A stretch of DNA of 64,000 nt, from the IMG/VR virus record IMGVR_UViG_2802429268_000001, one strand, 5' to 3'. Both the position numbers and the translations under genes were made by a program. The notes under the pieces are model-generated. The model made no database searches. It was not told the origin of the DNA and saw nothing but the letters and a program-made list of their open reading frames with translations. This document shows, in pieces, positions 46,671-57,656 of the stretch. Every line of letters starts with the position of its first letter. Position 1 is the first letter of the stretch. Origin of the DNA: an uncultured virus (IMG/VR IMGVR_UViG_2802429268_000001). Lineage: Duplodnaviria; Heunggongvirae; Uroviricota; Caudoviricetes.

Positions 46671-47423
46671 ATGACGAACAACACTGGACGCACCCCGGTT
46701 GCCGCCAACCAGGGGTCAGGGGTCTTTGACGACCTTGAGGACAACCTCGGGCGGCTCGACGCGAAACTGACGGAAGCCCTGACGGTTTCCGTTGACAGCA
46801 CGTCGGAAAGCCTGACGTCGGCACAGATGCAGGCCAATGCCTGCTTCATCCTCAACACCGGTTCCCCGGCTCCTGGCGGCCCGGTAACGCTCACGGTCGC
46901 CGCGGTCGAGATCGGCCGCTTCACCGTCGTCAACAACACCAGCCAGACGGTCACGGTGACCATTTCCGGGCAGGTGGTAACAGCGCCGACCGTCGCCAGC
47001 GGATCGACGCAAACCTTCATCTCGGACGGTGTCAATGTCCGGGCGGCGGTCTCGGCTCCGAGCACGGGAACGGCGTTCGAACTCGTCGTCGCTGCTTCCG
47101 ACGAGACAACGACGCTCACCACCGGCACGGCAAAGGTCACGTTTCGCATGCCGCGGGCGGTCACGCTTACGGCGGTTCGGGCATCGCTCACGACGGCTTC
47201 ATCTTCCGGTGTCGTGACCGTCGACATCAACGAGGGCGGCGTTTCGATCCTCTCCACGGCAATCACCATCGACGCGAACGAGAAGACATCGACCACGGCG
47301 GCGACGCCTCCCGTCATCTCCGACTCCTCACTCGCAGACGACGCAGAAATGACCATCGACATCGACACGGCAGGGACAGGGGCCAAGGGGCTCAAGGTCG
47401 CGCTGATCGGAACAAGGAGCTAA
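46671..47423 (+). CDS. Tail-associated protein
   Basis: Thr-rich beta protein after the tail tip gene. Confidence 0.75.
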   Translation: MTNNTGRTPVAANQGSGVFDDLEDNLGRLDAKLTEALTVSVDSTSESLTSAQMQANACFILNTGSPAPGGPVTLTVAAVEIGRFTVVNNTSQTVTVTISGQVVTAPTVASGSTQTFISDGVNVRAAVSAPSTGTAFELVVAASDETTTLTTGTAKVTFRMPRAVTLTAVRASLTTASSSGVVTVDINEGGVSILSTAITIDANEKTSTTAATPPVISDSSLADDAEMTIDIDTAGTGAKGLKVALIGTRS

Positions 47424-47427
47424 AACA

Positions 47428-47847
47428 TTGGCGGCTTTCAACAAAATCAACGCTTTCGTCGAGAACCTGGCGGAGAAGGTGCACAACCTTGGGGCGGACC
47501 AACTTGTCGTGGCCCTGACGGCGGCGGCAAATGCGCCGGTTGCGACCAACAGCGTCTTGGCCGATCTCACGCAGATCAGCTACACGAACCTGTCATCGCG
47601 CAACGTCACGACCTCGTCGTCGTCACAGACGTCCGGCACTTACAGCCTTGTGCTCGCCGACCTGACGCTGACGGCGTCCGGCGGCTCTGTCGGGCCGTTC
47701 CGGTACATCGCGCTCTACAACGACACGCCGACGTCGCCGGCAGACCCGCTTATCGGCTGGTACGACTATGGCTCCGACCTGACGCTTGCCGACGGCGAAA
47801 GCCTCACCATCGACTTCAGTGCAAGCGGCGCGATCACGATCGCCTAA
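47428..47847 (+). CDS. Virion structural protein
   Basis: GPFRYIALYNDT...PLIGWYDYG. Confidence 0.75.
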   Translation: MAAFNKINAFVENLAEKVHNLGADQLVVALTAAANAPVATNSVLADLTQISYTNLSSRNVTTSSSSQTSGTYSLVLADLTLTASGGSVGPFRYIALYNDTPTSPADPLIGWYDYGSDLTLADGESLTIDFSASGAITIA

Positions 47848-47858
47848 GCGGAGCATTC

Positions 47859-48989
47859 ATGAGCTTCCTCATCAACCCGTTCGTCTATCTGTCGGCCGGC
47901 GCGACGCTGACGGCAGAGGCCGGCACGTTCACCCTGACCGGTGTTAATGCGGGCCTGTTGCGCGCCTTGCGCATGGAGGCGGCTGCCGGCGCCTTCACGC
48001 TGACGGGTAACGACGCGGATATCTCGACCGGCTATCCCGATCTCGTAGCGGAGACCGGGACATTCACCATCACGGGCAATGCCGCTGCGCTCACACGGGC
48101 GCTGCGCATGGAAGCAAGCGCCGGGGCGTTCTCGCTTACCGGCAACGTGGCAGGTCTCAGTAAGACCCTCACCGTCCTTGCAGAGGGCGGGTCGTTCACG
48201 CTGACTGGCGTCGACGCGGCGTTCAAACGGGCGCTCGCCATGGCGGCGGCACAGGGCTCATTCACGCTAACGGGGAACGCGGCGACGCTAACTTATGGCG
48301 CGACAGACCCGAACTTCTCAAGCGTCGTTCTTCTGTGCGGCTTTGACGGTACGGACGGGGCGACCACATCAACGGACGACAGCAACTCCGCCCACACGCT
48401 CACCTTCGTAGGCAACGCGCAACTCGACACGGCGCAGCAGAAGTTCGGCGGGTCCAGTCTGTTGCTTGATGGGACTGGCGATATAGTCACTTGCGCGGCA
48501 AGTACCGACTGGGACTTCGGAAGTTCCCCCTTCACCATCGAAATGTTTGCTCGTTTCAACACGATCACATCCACAAGTAGGTCGGTTCTCGGCAGTTCTG
48601 GATCTAACGCAGCCAGCTTTGTGATGGGCATCAATGCTGGGCTGAGTAATTTCCAATTCGCATTCAGCTCGAATGGGGGATCGTCCTTCAACGAGATCAT
48701 CACATCGTCCGGAGTCACTGCGGCGACCGGCCAGTGGTATCACCTCTGCGTCGATCGCGACGGCTCGAACAAGATCCGACTCTATATCGACGGCGTCATG
48801 CGCGGCAGCCTGACCACAGCCAACGCCATCAACTACGAAAGCACGGCTCTAGCGATCGGTGCGACTGACGGCACCGGGTCTTCAGACATGGATGGCTGGT
48901 TAGACGAGGTCCGCATTACCAAGGGCGTGGCGCGGTATGCATCCGATTCCGGCTTCACGGTTCCGACGTCCGCCTATCCACGGTCATAA
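47859..48989 (+). CDS. LamG/concanavalin-A-domain tail protein with N-terminal repeats
   Basis: Six GxFTLTG repeats; FTIE, WYH, LYIDG, GWLDEVRITKGVARY. Confidence 0.85.
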   Translation: MSFLINPFVYLSAGATLTAEAGTFTLTGVNAGLLRALRMEAAAGAFTLTGNDADISTGYPDLVAETGTFTITGNAAALTRALRMEASAGAFSLTGNVAGLSKTLTVLAEGGSFTLTGVDAAFKRALAMAAAQGSFTLTGNAATLTYGATDPNFSSVVLLCGFDGTDGATTSTDDSNSAHTLTFVGNAQLDTAQQKFGGSSLLLDGTGDIVTCAASTDWDFGSSPFTIEMFARFNTITSTSRSVLGSSGSNAASFVMGINAGLSNFQFAFSSNGGSSFNEIITSSGVTAATGQWYHLCVDRDGSNKIRLYIDGVMRGSLTTANAINYESTALAIGATDGTGSSDMDGWLDEVRITKGVARYASDSGFTVPTSAYPRS

Positions 48990-49005
48990 GAAATGCCGCG
49001 TTGAC

Positions 49006-49161
49006 CTAGTTGTGGGGCAGCACCGAAAAATACGAGAGGTCGAGCGACGAGCCCGAAACGACCAGGGCCGCCAAGCCGGAAACGATTATGGCGGTCAGCA
49101 CTAACCACTCGACACCGGTAATGTCGGCTTTGCGCTTAGGCGGACGATATTCGGTGGGCAT
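49006..49161 (-). CDS. 51-aa Flp-pilin-like membrane peptide, not in ORF track
   Basis: MPTEYRPPKRKADITGVEWLVLTAIIVSGLAALVVSGSSLDLSYFSVLPHN; starts 7 nt after the ICMT-like stop. Confidence 0.55.
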   Translation of the reverse strand: MPTEYRPPKRKADITGVEWLVLTAIIVSGLAALVVSGSSLDLSYFSVLPHN

Positions 49162-49167
49162 CGCTCT

Positions 49168-49845
49168 TTACCCTTCTTCAGCCCTTGCAACGGGCGTCAA
49201 CGGCCTTGGGATCAACATGGGAACGCTGCTGGCGTAGCTGTCGTATTCAGGGAAAGTGCGTCTGAGGACGCGCTCCTCGTTGAACATCCGCCGTAACTGG
49301 AAGGCGAAGTGGGCGGCACCGACCAGCAACGCGGCCAGCGACCAGTTGGCGATCAGGAACCCGACGGCGCTGATTGCCTCCGCAGCATACAGCGGGTGGC
49401 GGACGATTGCATAGGGACCGGTCACGACGAGTTTGCGAGCTGATGCCATTACCGAGAACGAGCGCCCTAGCCAGAACAGACAGTAGATCGACAGTGCCGT
49501 GCCGATGAGGGCCAGGACGGTCGACGCGACGAGCATCCCAGGTCCGGCGGTGCCCCGCGGCAGCACTATGAGGACCATCAGCCCAAACGTCCCCGCGAGC
49601 GCGCTCAGTCGGGGCTCTATCCCCTCCGCGCTCCGCCGCGGCGGCAGTCGAACCACTGTCAGGCCGACGACCAAGCACAAGAACAGCAAACCCAGCAATC
49701 GCGAAGAGAGGACGAGCGGCCAGAATTCTATGCTCTCCCGAAACCGAATGACCGCTACGATCGAGGCGACCTGCTGCAGCGCCAGGTAAAAGAAGACGAG
49801 TGTAAGGAAAGTCTTGCCCAGAAGATCTTCGATCCTGCTGATCAT
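49168..49845 (-). CDS. Isoprenylcysteine carboxyl methyltransferase/PEMT-family membrane methyltransferase
   Basis: LGRSFS..LVVTGPYAIVRHPLY; EERVL..F.EY..Y. Confidence 0.9.
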   Translation of the reverse strand: MISRIEDLLGKTFLTLVFFYLALQQVASIVAVIRFRESIEFWPLVLSSRLLGLLFLCLVVGLTVVRLPPRRSAEGIEPRLSALAGTFGLMVLIVLPRGTAGPGMLVASTVLALIGTALSIYCLFWLGRSFSVMASARKLVVTGPYAIVRHPLYAAEAISAVGFLIANWSLAALLVGAAHFAFQLRRMFNEERVLRRTFPEYDSYASSVPMLIPRPLTPVARAEEG

Positions 49846-50654
49846 GGGTGCGTGTCTCCTGGTTGTTGCTGCGATAACGCGCCCGCAGGAACTCGAAGCT
49901 GCTTGAGTGGATAGGCGAGTTGCTGGTGATAGAGCGGGGGCACCGGATCATCGGTGCCGTAGACCCTCGGCATACGCTCAGGCATGTACAAAGTGCCAGC
50001 GAGGGCATCGATGAAGGGCAGCTGGCCGGCGAAGTTTTTGTCGTAGGCCTGTCGCTCGTTGGCATGGTGCCAGTGATGGAATTGAGGAGAGGCGAGCACC
50101 CATTTGAGAGGGCCGAACCTGATCCGAGTGTTTGAATGGATCAAAAGCGACTGCGCCTGATAAATCAAAGCATAGATCGCGATTGCAGATCCGGAGAAGC
50201 CAAGAGCGTAAACCGGAATCAGGGAGGCAGCCGAGGTCACGATCTGGTCGACCGGATGAACACGATGCGCGGCCAGCCAATCCATCTCCTCGATGCTGTG
50301 GTGGACAGAGTGAAACTTCCACAGGAACGGCACGGAATGGAAGGCGCGGTGCGCTAGGTAAAATCCTATATCGGCAACAAGAGTGACCTCGATCGCCTGC
50401 AACCATATCGGCTGGGCTTGCACCACAGCGAACACGCCTCCCGGAATGACAAACCGGATGGCGATCATGATCGAGCCGACCAGGGCGATGAAACCGAGCT
50501 TGATCAGAATGCTGTTGAAGAAGAGGTAGATCACGTCGTTCAGCCAGTGCTTTCGCAGCACTTTCTGATCAGCGTGAAGCGGGAGAAGCCGCTCGAGCGG
50601 AATGAAGATCATGGCGATTATCAGGATCGCCTTCAGGTCGATGAGCTCTAACAT
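49842..50654 (-). CDS. Sterol desaturase/fatty acid hydroxylase family protein
   Basis: His boxes HRAFH, HSVHH, HSN, HHWHH. Confidence 0.92.
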   Translation of the reverse strand: MLELIDLKAILIIAMIFIPLERLLPLHADQKVLRKHWLNDVIYLFFNSILIKLGFIALVGSIMIAIRFVIPGGVFAVVQAQPIWLQAIEVTLVADIGFYLAHRAFHSVPFLWKFHSVHHSIEEMDWLAAHRVHPVDQIVTSAASLIPVYALGFSGSAIAIYALIYQAQSLLIHSNTRIRFGPLKWVLASPQFHHWHHANERQAYDKNFAGQLPFIDALAGTLYMPERMPRVYGTDDPVPPLYHQQLAYPLKQLRVPAGALSQQQPGDTHP

Positions 50655-51646
50655 GTAACACCCGATGATTGCTTGTTTTGGCTCGGCGCATCGAAAAGCC
50701 GCCAAAAAAAGAAAACGGCAGCAGCAGAGACATACCCGTCCACCGCATAGTGCCAGCCGAAGTAGACCGAGCCGAGCAACGTCAGGGCGGCGAAAGCCCA
50801 TCCCGCGAGCCCGAGCCACCGGTTAATTTGCGTCAGAAAGAGTGCGTTCAGGCTTGCAACTGCCACGTGGATGCTCGGCATTGCTGAGATGCCGGCGAAG
50901 ATGTCCTCCGCGCCGGAAACATAGGCGGCATATAGCCGCTCGGCGACAAAGAAATGGTATCTGGCGTCCGGGTTTTGTTTGAGTGTCAGGACGAGCTCTG
51001 CGAACCGGCCTTCACCGAAAAACTGATCATAGAATATGGGCCCGACGGAGGCAGTTACGGCGGCCAGCAGGGTGCCCAGGACCGCGTAAGTCGCGGCGAA
51101 TGATCGCAGGTATCTTGATCGCAGCCGATCGCTTGGGTGGAAGGCGGCCAAGGCAATGCAGCCGATGAACTCGAGCAGCCAAAGTGGGAAATAGACGATG
51201 AGCATGGGTTGCATCGCGATCGGGGGAATTATGGAGTGCACCAAACGCCACGGATCGCCGAAGTGAATCATGCGGTCAGTCTCTGCGAGAGCGTGATCTG
51301 CGTAGAACGGAACGACGAGCGGGATATGGAACTTCACTGTCCAGAACGCCGCCATGCCGACGCATATAACCGCAGCGATGACAAGCGCTCCGCTTCCTCG
51401 GCGCCTAATGATGCCGGCCACGTGGCTGAGAGGTGCCGTCGGGCGGCTAACAATGGCGGAAGCCAACAGACCGAGGGCGGACAGGACAAGCGCTGCGGGC
51501 AGCACTTGCAGCGCGAATGCGCTCAGGTTCCGCATGTACAGCGCGGGAGCGAAACTGAAGGCCGCGATCACATAGGCTCCGCAAGAGATGCTCAACCACC
51601 GCGACGGTCGCCTTGATGCGGAAGTGCTGATTACAGCTTCGGTCAT
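50648..51646 (-). CDS. PAP2-family (PAP2_3/Aur1-like) membrane phosphotransferase
   Basis: GP, AMPSIH, GWHYAVDG; multiple TM helices. Confidence 0.88.
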   Translation of the reverse strand: MTEAVISTSASRRPSRWLSISCGAYVIAAFSFAPALYMRNLSAFALQVLPAALVLSALGLLASAIVSRPTAPLSHVAGIIRRRGSGALVIAAVICVGMAAFWTVKFHIPLVVPFYADHALAETDRMIHFGDPWRLVHSIIPPIAMQPMLIVYFPLWLLEFIGCIALAAFHPSDRLRSRYLRSFAATYAVLGTLLAAVTASVGPIFYDQFFGEGRFAELVLTLKQNPDARYHFFVAERLYAAYVSGAEDIFAGISAMPSIHVAVASLNALFLTQINRWLGLAGWAFAALTLLGSVYFGWHYAVDGYVSAAAVFFFWRLFDAPSQNKQSSGVTC

Positions 51647-51738
51647 AATAGGTAGCCCCCATATCCCACGCGATTGAACCACTGGTTGCGCCTGACGGCA
51701 ATATCATCCTTTCTGGTTAGTTAATGGGGTCAACACCG

Positions 51739-52959
51739 ATGGCAACTCCTCCGGTTCCGGACGACGTGATCCTGCGCTCGCTTGAGGCGTTGGCGGCCTG
51801 CGGCGGGAACCAGTGCAGGGCCGCCGAGATGATCGGCATCAGCCGGGCCGGGCTACAGGGTCACTTGAAGATGGCCGCACGCCGGGGGTTGGTTGCGCCG
51901 GCCAATGCCGCGCAGGTGATGCCCGGATTTGAGGTCACGCGAGTCCAGACAGGCCCGCGCGGAACCACGATCGAACAGAAGCCGGGGCCGGGAGAAGTCT
52001 TCACCGTCCCGGAAGGCCACAAGATCAAGGGCGTCTCCGCCTTCATCGATCCGGACGGCCGAGTCCGCGGGCAATGGGTGAAGACGCGGGAAGGGGAGCC
52101 GGATCCGGAGCGCACCGCCGAAATCATCAAGGCCGCATTCGAAAACTTCGAACCGAAGGCTCCGATCGTGCTTCCGCCGCGGGACAGCGATACCGAAAGG
52201 CTGACGGCCTACATCTTCTGCGACTGGCATGTCGGGCTGTTCGCCTGGGGTCGGGAGACGGGCGGGGCCGATTGGGATCTGACCATCGCTCGAGAGACGC
52301 TTTCCGCCGCGGTGCGTGAGATTGTCGAGACGTCGCCGCCAAGTGCTCAGGCGGTCATTCTCGGCCTTGGCGACCTTCTCCATGCTGATAACGGCCGGAA
52401 CATGACGGAGCGATCCGGCAACGTTCTGGACGTCGACACCCGCTATTCCAAGTGCCTCGAAACCGTCTGCGACCTGATGGCCGAATCCTCGGAACTGATC
52501 GCGGCGAAACACAAGCACGTCGAAGCTGTCTTCAAGCCAGGCAATCACGACGAGAACAGCACCGTGGGCATCCGCCAGGCGCTCCGCATGTACTGGCGGG
52601 ATAATGAGCGGGTTTCCGTCGACACCAGCCCGGACGCTTTCTACTGGCGCCGCTTCGGCGTCAACCTGATCGGCGGGACGCATGGAGACAAGGCGAAGCC
52701 CCCAGACCTTCCGATGATCATGGCGAACCGGCGGAAAGAAGACTGGAGCGCCACGGCGACCCGACACATCCACACCGGTCATATTCATCACGATACGGAG
52801 CGCGAGATCGGCGGCGTGCATGTCTATTCGCACCGGGCTCCGGTCGCACAGGACGCCTACCACGCCTGGCACGGCTATCTCTCCGGCCGATCGATGAAGA
52901 GCTACACCTATCACGTCGAGAAGGGCGCCAGAGGCCATTCCGAAGTCGAAATCTCATGA
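51739..52959 (+). CDS. HTH plus calcineurin-like metallophosphoesterase
   Basis: DWH, GDLLH, GNHD, HGD, GHIHH. Confidence 0.85.
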   Translation: MATPPVPDDVILRSLEALAACGGNQCRAAEMIGISRAGLQGHLKMAARRGLVAPANAAQVMPGFEVTRVQTGPRGTTIEQKPGPGEVFTVPEGHKIKGVSAFIDPDGRVRGQWVKTREGEPDPERTAEIIKAAFENFEPKAPIVLPPRDSDTERLTAYIFCDWHVGLFAWGRETGGADWDLTIARETLSAAVREIVETSPPSAQAVILGLGDLLHADNGRNMTERSGNVLDVDTRYSKCLETVCDLMAESSELIAAKHKHVEAVFKPGNHDENSTVGIRQALRMYWRDNERVSVDTSPDAFYWRRFGVNLIGGTHGDKAKPPDLPMIMANRRKEDWSATATRHIHTGHIHHDTEREIGGVHVYSHRAPVAQDAYHAWHGYLSGRSMKSYTYHVEKGARGHSEVEIS

Positions 52960-52966
52960 GGCAACC

Positions 52967-53116
52967 ATGGCGCGCTTCCACATCAGGGTCACGAAAAACG
53001 AAGACGGCAGCATCAAGCGCGAATTGATGCGGGAAGAATACAAGATCGCGGACGTGTCGAAGGCCGAGATCATCGACATGCTGATGCAGTTTTCGAGCTC
53101 GCTCCGGTACGACTGA
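52967..53116 (+). CDS. Small hypothetical protein
   Basis: GAGG RBS; 49 aa. Confidence 0.55.
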   Translation: MARFHIRVTKNEDGSIKRELMREEYKIADVSKAEIIDMLMQFSSSLRYD

Positions 53117-53176
53117 CCCCGCGTTATACCCTTTCCGCAGATTCGTTATAACCGGCATCTCCCCATAGGAACCCCC

Positions 53177-53410
53177 ATGAAACTGATCGCCGATTGGCGG
53201 GCGGTGCTGCGCTATGCGTGGTCGTTCCGGCTGAACATCCTTGCCGCCCTGCTTTCCGGGCTCGAGGTCTGGTTCACGTTTATCAACCCCGAAAGCCTGC
53301 CGATCCCGCACGGCACGTTCGCCGCCTTGGCGTGCGTGACGACCATCCTCGCGAACATCGCCCGCTTCGTGGCGCAAACGTCCATCTCAGGAGGAAAGCC
53401 CGATGAGTAG
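53177..53410 (+). CDS. Holin
   Basis: Two TM helices; LIADWR..AWS..ARFVAQ; precedes lysozyme. Confidence 0.8.
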   Translation: MKLIADWRAVLRYAWSFRLNILAALLSGLEVWFTFINPESLPIPHGTFAALACVTTILANIARFVAQTSISGGKPDE

Positions 53411-53870
53411 GCTTAAGAAGGCCGGCAAGATGACGGCGATCGGTGCGGCCGCAATCGCCCTCGTCGGCGCATGGGAAGGGCTGCGCACAGTGGCCTATCG
53501 CGATGTTGTCGGGATTCCCACCGTCTGCTTCGGCGAGACCCGCGGCGTAAAGATGGGCGATCGGTATTCGGTCGACGAATGCAAGGTGATGCTCGGTGAC
53601 GCGCTCGTTGAGTTTGAAGCCGGTATGCGCGCTTGCCTGAAGAACCCCGACGGCCTGCCTGACAAGGTCTATGTGTCGTTCCTGTCCGCCTCCTACAACA
53701 TCGGGACGCGGGCGTTCTGCGGCTCGTCAATGGCTCGCAAGGCGAATGCCGGCGATCTCCGCGGTGCGTGCGATTCCCTGGCGCTCTGGAATAAGGCCGG
53801 CGGCCGCGTCGTCAAGGGCCTCACCAATCGCCGCGCCGAAGAGCGCCGGCTTTGCCTTGAGGGGCTGTGA
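53403..53870 (+). CDS. Endolysin (GH24 lysozyme, SAR-like N-terminus)
   Basis: EG.R..AY.D..G.PT.C.G; YNIG; GLTNRR. Confidence 0.93.
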   Translation: MSRLKKAGKMTAIGAAAIALVGAWEGLRTVAYRDVVGIPTVCFGETRGVKMGDRYSVDECKVMLGDALVEFEAGMRACLKNPDGLPDKVYVSFLSASYNIGTRAFCGSSMARKANAGDLRGACDSLALWNKAGGRVVKGLTNRRAEERRLCLEGL

Positions 53871-54226
53871 TGCTCGGTCGCTTCTTGGACTGGGTTTATA
53901 TCGCCGTCGGCGCGCTCGCAGCCTTTGCACTCTTCAGCCTGTACGACGGCATGGTCGACGATCCTCTCGTGAGACGTGAAGCGCTCCGGGGGTACGTCCT
54001 CAAATCGGAACGCGATGCAATCGCCTCTCAGCTTGCCGAGGAACGACGTCGAGCGCTCGCTGCGGCACAGACAGCCGAAGAGTTCAAACGGCGATACACG
54101 GCCCTCTCTGAGCGGAACAAGGCCAACAGCGAAAAAGCGGAGCAGGACATTGAAAGCGACAACCGCACTGACGACGGCGCTCCTCGGGTTACTTCTGGGG
54201 ATCTCGACTGGCTGTCAAAGCACTAA
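53867..54226 (+). CDS. i-spanin (Rz-like)
   Basis: N-terminal TM plus coiled coil after lysozyme. Confidence 0.75.
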   Translation: MMLGRFLDWVYIAVGALAAFALFSLYDGMVDDPLVRREALRGYVLKSERDAIASQLAEERRRALAAAQTAEEFKRRYTALSERNKANSEKAEQDIESDNRTDDGAPRVTSGDLDWLSKH

Positions 54227-54461
54227 CCAGCGCCTCCAGCAAGCCGCCATCCAGCAAGGACAGGCGAGGGCGACGGTGATCCTGCCCGACCTTCCGCAAG
54301 CCTGCCGCGATGCAACCGGCGTCGTGAACCCGAAAGAGGGCGAGAAATGGCGCGGCGTCCAGCTTCGATGGCAGGTGGTCCGTGAGAACGAGAACGAGAT
54401 CAAGACTGCATGCGCTGAATTCTACGACCAACTCCGGCAACGCCTGGCGAAAGGGGAATGA
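54150..54461 (+). CDS. o-spanin (Rz1-like) lipoprotein
   Basis: Overlaps Rz; lipobox ISTG-C; Pro/Cys pattern. Confidence 0.7.
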   Translation: MKATTALTTALLGLLLGISTGCQSTNQRLQQAAIQQGQARATVILPDLPQACRDATGVVNPKEGEKWRGVQLRWQVVRENENEIKTACAEFYDQLRQRLAKGE

Positions 54462-54462
54462 C

Positions 54463-54780
54463 ATGCTGAAGGGCATCATCTTGGGCGCGCTGTCTCTGAT
54501 CGCGCTGGCGTTCATCCTCTTTTGCTTCTGGGTCCAGCCCGCCGTGGCGCAAGTAGACCCCAGCACATGTGCACCGCGCCGCGAGTTGATCGATTCGCTA
54601 AAGGCCACCTACGGAGAAACCGAATCCTGGGTCGGCAAGGACGCCAAGGACAAGGCCGCTGTCTTCCTGCTGATGACGGGCAAGAACGGATCTTGGACCT
54701 TGCTCAAGGTCATGCCCGACGTCGCCTGCGTGATTGCAGCCGGATCCGAATCCACCAACCTGTTTGGAACGCCGGTATGA
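54463..54780 (+). CDS. Secreted/membrane phage protein
   Basis: Signal-like N-terminus; CAPR..YGE..GSWT..AC. Confidence 0.7.
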   Translation: MLKGIILGALSLIALAFILFCFWVQPAVAQVDPSTCAPRRELIDSLKATYGETESWVGKDAKDKAAVFLLMTGKNGSWTLLKVMPDVACVIAAGSESTNLFGTPV

Positions 54781-55105
54781 CGACCGAAAGCGAAACCCAG
54801 CGCAGCCTCGGCCGCCTCGAGGGCAAGCTCGACATGATCCTGGCCGATCAGGAACAAGCCCGGTTTGCCCGTCAACATCAAATGGAAAAGTCGGAAGCGA
54901 TCGAGCGCCGGCTGGATGCGACCGATCAAAAGCTCTCGTCGGTCACCGACCGCTTCAATGAAGCTGCGCCGATCATCTCGGATATCAAGCGGTGGAAGGA
55001 ACGGTTCATTGGGGCGCAGATGCTCATTGCCGGCGTCTTCGTCGCCATTGGCGGGGGATTGCCCTGCTGTGGAAATGGCTGGCCGTGAAGGTCGGGATGC
55101 AGTGA
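54777..55105 (+). CDS. Coiled-coil membrane protein (DUF1515-like), apparent frameshift at G5 run
   Basis: LGRLEGKLD; adding one G at 55053-55057 restores a TM tail IALLWKWLAVKVGMQ; the same partial copy is at 1-272. Confidence 0.65.
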
Positions 55106-55193
55106 CGGCGGCGAGTGAAACAACCCGCCGCCGTTAGAGACACGCCTATTGCCTCAGTGACACGGCTATATTGATTCTATTCACAGTTCTCGA

Positions 55194-55240
55194 AGCCTTC
55201 CAAGCTGAATACGCGGGTTCGATTCCCGCTACCCGCTCCA
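55194..55240 (+). other. attR core (tRNA-Gly 3' half)
   Basis: Identical to 361-407; host tuf leader follows. Confidence 0.92.
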
Positions 55241-55505
55241 AACCTCCATTGCACCGTTCCGCAGTCTTTATATGAGACTTTAGGGAATTGCCGCATATGC
55301 CTGATTGTGTTGACTTTCATGGCTTTGGGCGATCTATGGGCCGGCGTTTGGCGAATCTTCGTGACAAACTTACGAAGTGGGGTCAGGCTGTACCGTCAAG
55401 CGGACGCAATTAAGTCTTGCGCAAAGGCCGCGAAACCCTTAAACGGCTCGACAAACCGGCCCAGCCGGCTGATCCATCGTATTTTTGACCACAGGAAGCG
55501 TACCC

Positions 55506-56681
<1,176 letters not shown>

Positions 56682-56705
56682 TTTCGGCCACAACCGGATT
56701 TCGAG

Positions 56706-56733
56706 ACCCCGCGGGCGACTGCGGGGTTTTTCT
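56706..56733 (+). terminator. tuf terminator
   Basis: ACCCCGCGG-gcga-CTGCGGGGT then TTTTCT. Confidence 0.8.
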
Positions 56734-56917
56734 ATGTGCGGTCGACAGCGTCGGGCATCTGTCAAGTCGGACAGCGCTGTGTGATGTCTGCAACAGTGTG
56801 AACAGGGTTCTGCCCGTCGCCGCCAAGTATCTAAGGTCTTTGCCGCCAGGCTGTGCTATTCTCCGATCCCGATGAATGTCCGCGTGGCACGGTTACGGCC
56901 GAGGATCGGAATCCCCA

Positions 56918-57579
56918 ATGAGAAGACGTATCGCGGCGCGGTTCACCGCTGCCGGCATCGCTCTGATTTGCGTGGGCCCTTTCGCGCCGGCATTGGCGGG
57001 TGAAAGCGGCCCGCTTGTCTGGGCCCCCTCCAGGACCGGCTCCAATGCCTATAGGCTCCGGTTCGGCCTCCGCTCACCGGGCCTATGGGAGACTGCGGGC
57101 GGCGCCGAGATGTCGATGAAGGCGGCTCCCTCCGGCAAGATCGTCCCGCCGGAGGCGCCGGTTCGCCTCTGGGGCACGGTCTCGCGCAGGAGCGTCCCGC
57201 GGGCGGCCCAACGCTCTTCTCGGATCAGTATGGCGTTCGATCCGGTGACCGGCGCCGGCAATATCGGTGCAGGTTCCGCAAGGACGTGGATCCTTACCCC
57301 GATGCTCGATGTGGAGGTCCAGCGGAACATCGCCGTTCAGTGCAATGTCTATGAAAAGCACTGCGATCGCCCCAGGTTGACGCAATCCGCGAGGCTCGCC
57401 TCCACCGCAGCGAGGACCTCGATTGCGGTGCAGAGCAGGCTATCGGGTGAAGGCTTCAGCGGTCTCGACCGCATTCGCGTCGAAAAGGGGTCGGCAATCT
57501 CGAACTCGGCGCCGCTGTCGTCGACCCGTTGCTGGCACCGCGTAGTCTGTTCACCCTGCGCTACAGTTGGAAGTGGTAA
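56918..57579 (+). CDS. Exported hypothetical protein, apparent frameshift at G4 run 57487-57490
   Basis: Signal peptide; one added G gives an outer-membrane-like C-terminus ...LRYSWKW. Confidence 0.55.
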
Positions 57580-57656
57580 GCTGCGAGCATGCATCTTGCA
57601 TCTTGCGCAACGAGGTGAAGCAACTAACCTGTTTGTGTCTTTTCAAGGGGGGCGTC

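Larger units (their letters stand above)
361..55240. mobile_element. Temperate prophage (siphovirus-like, unit length 54,833 bp) integrated at tRNA-Gly
   Basis: Integrase, CI/Cro, terminase, portal, capsid, tail and lysis genes bounded by identical tRNA-Gly 3'-half cores. Confidence 0.97.

Noticed and set aside
47859..48300. DGR template/variable repeats or CRISPR array
   Set aside because: The repeats are degenerate in-frame protein repeats; no reverse transcriptase, cas genes or spacer pattern seen in the window
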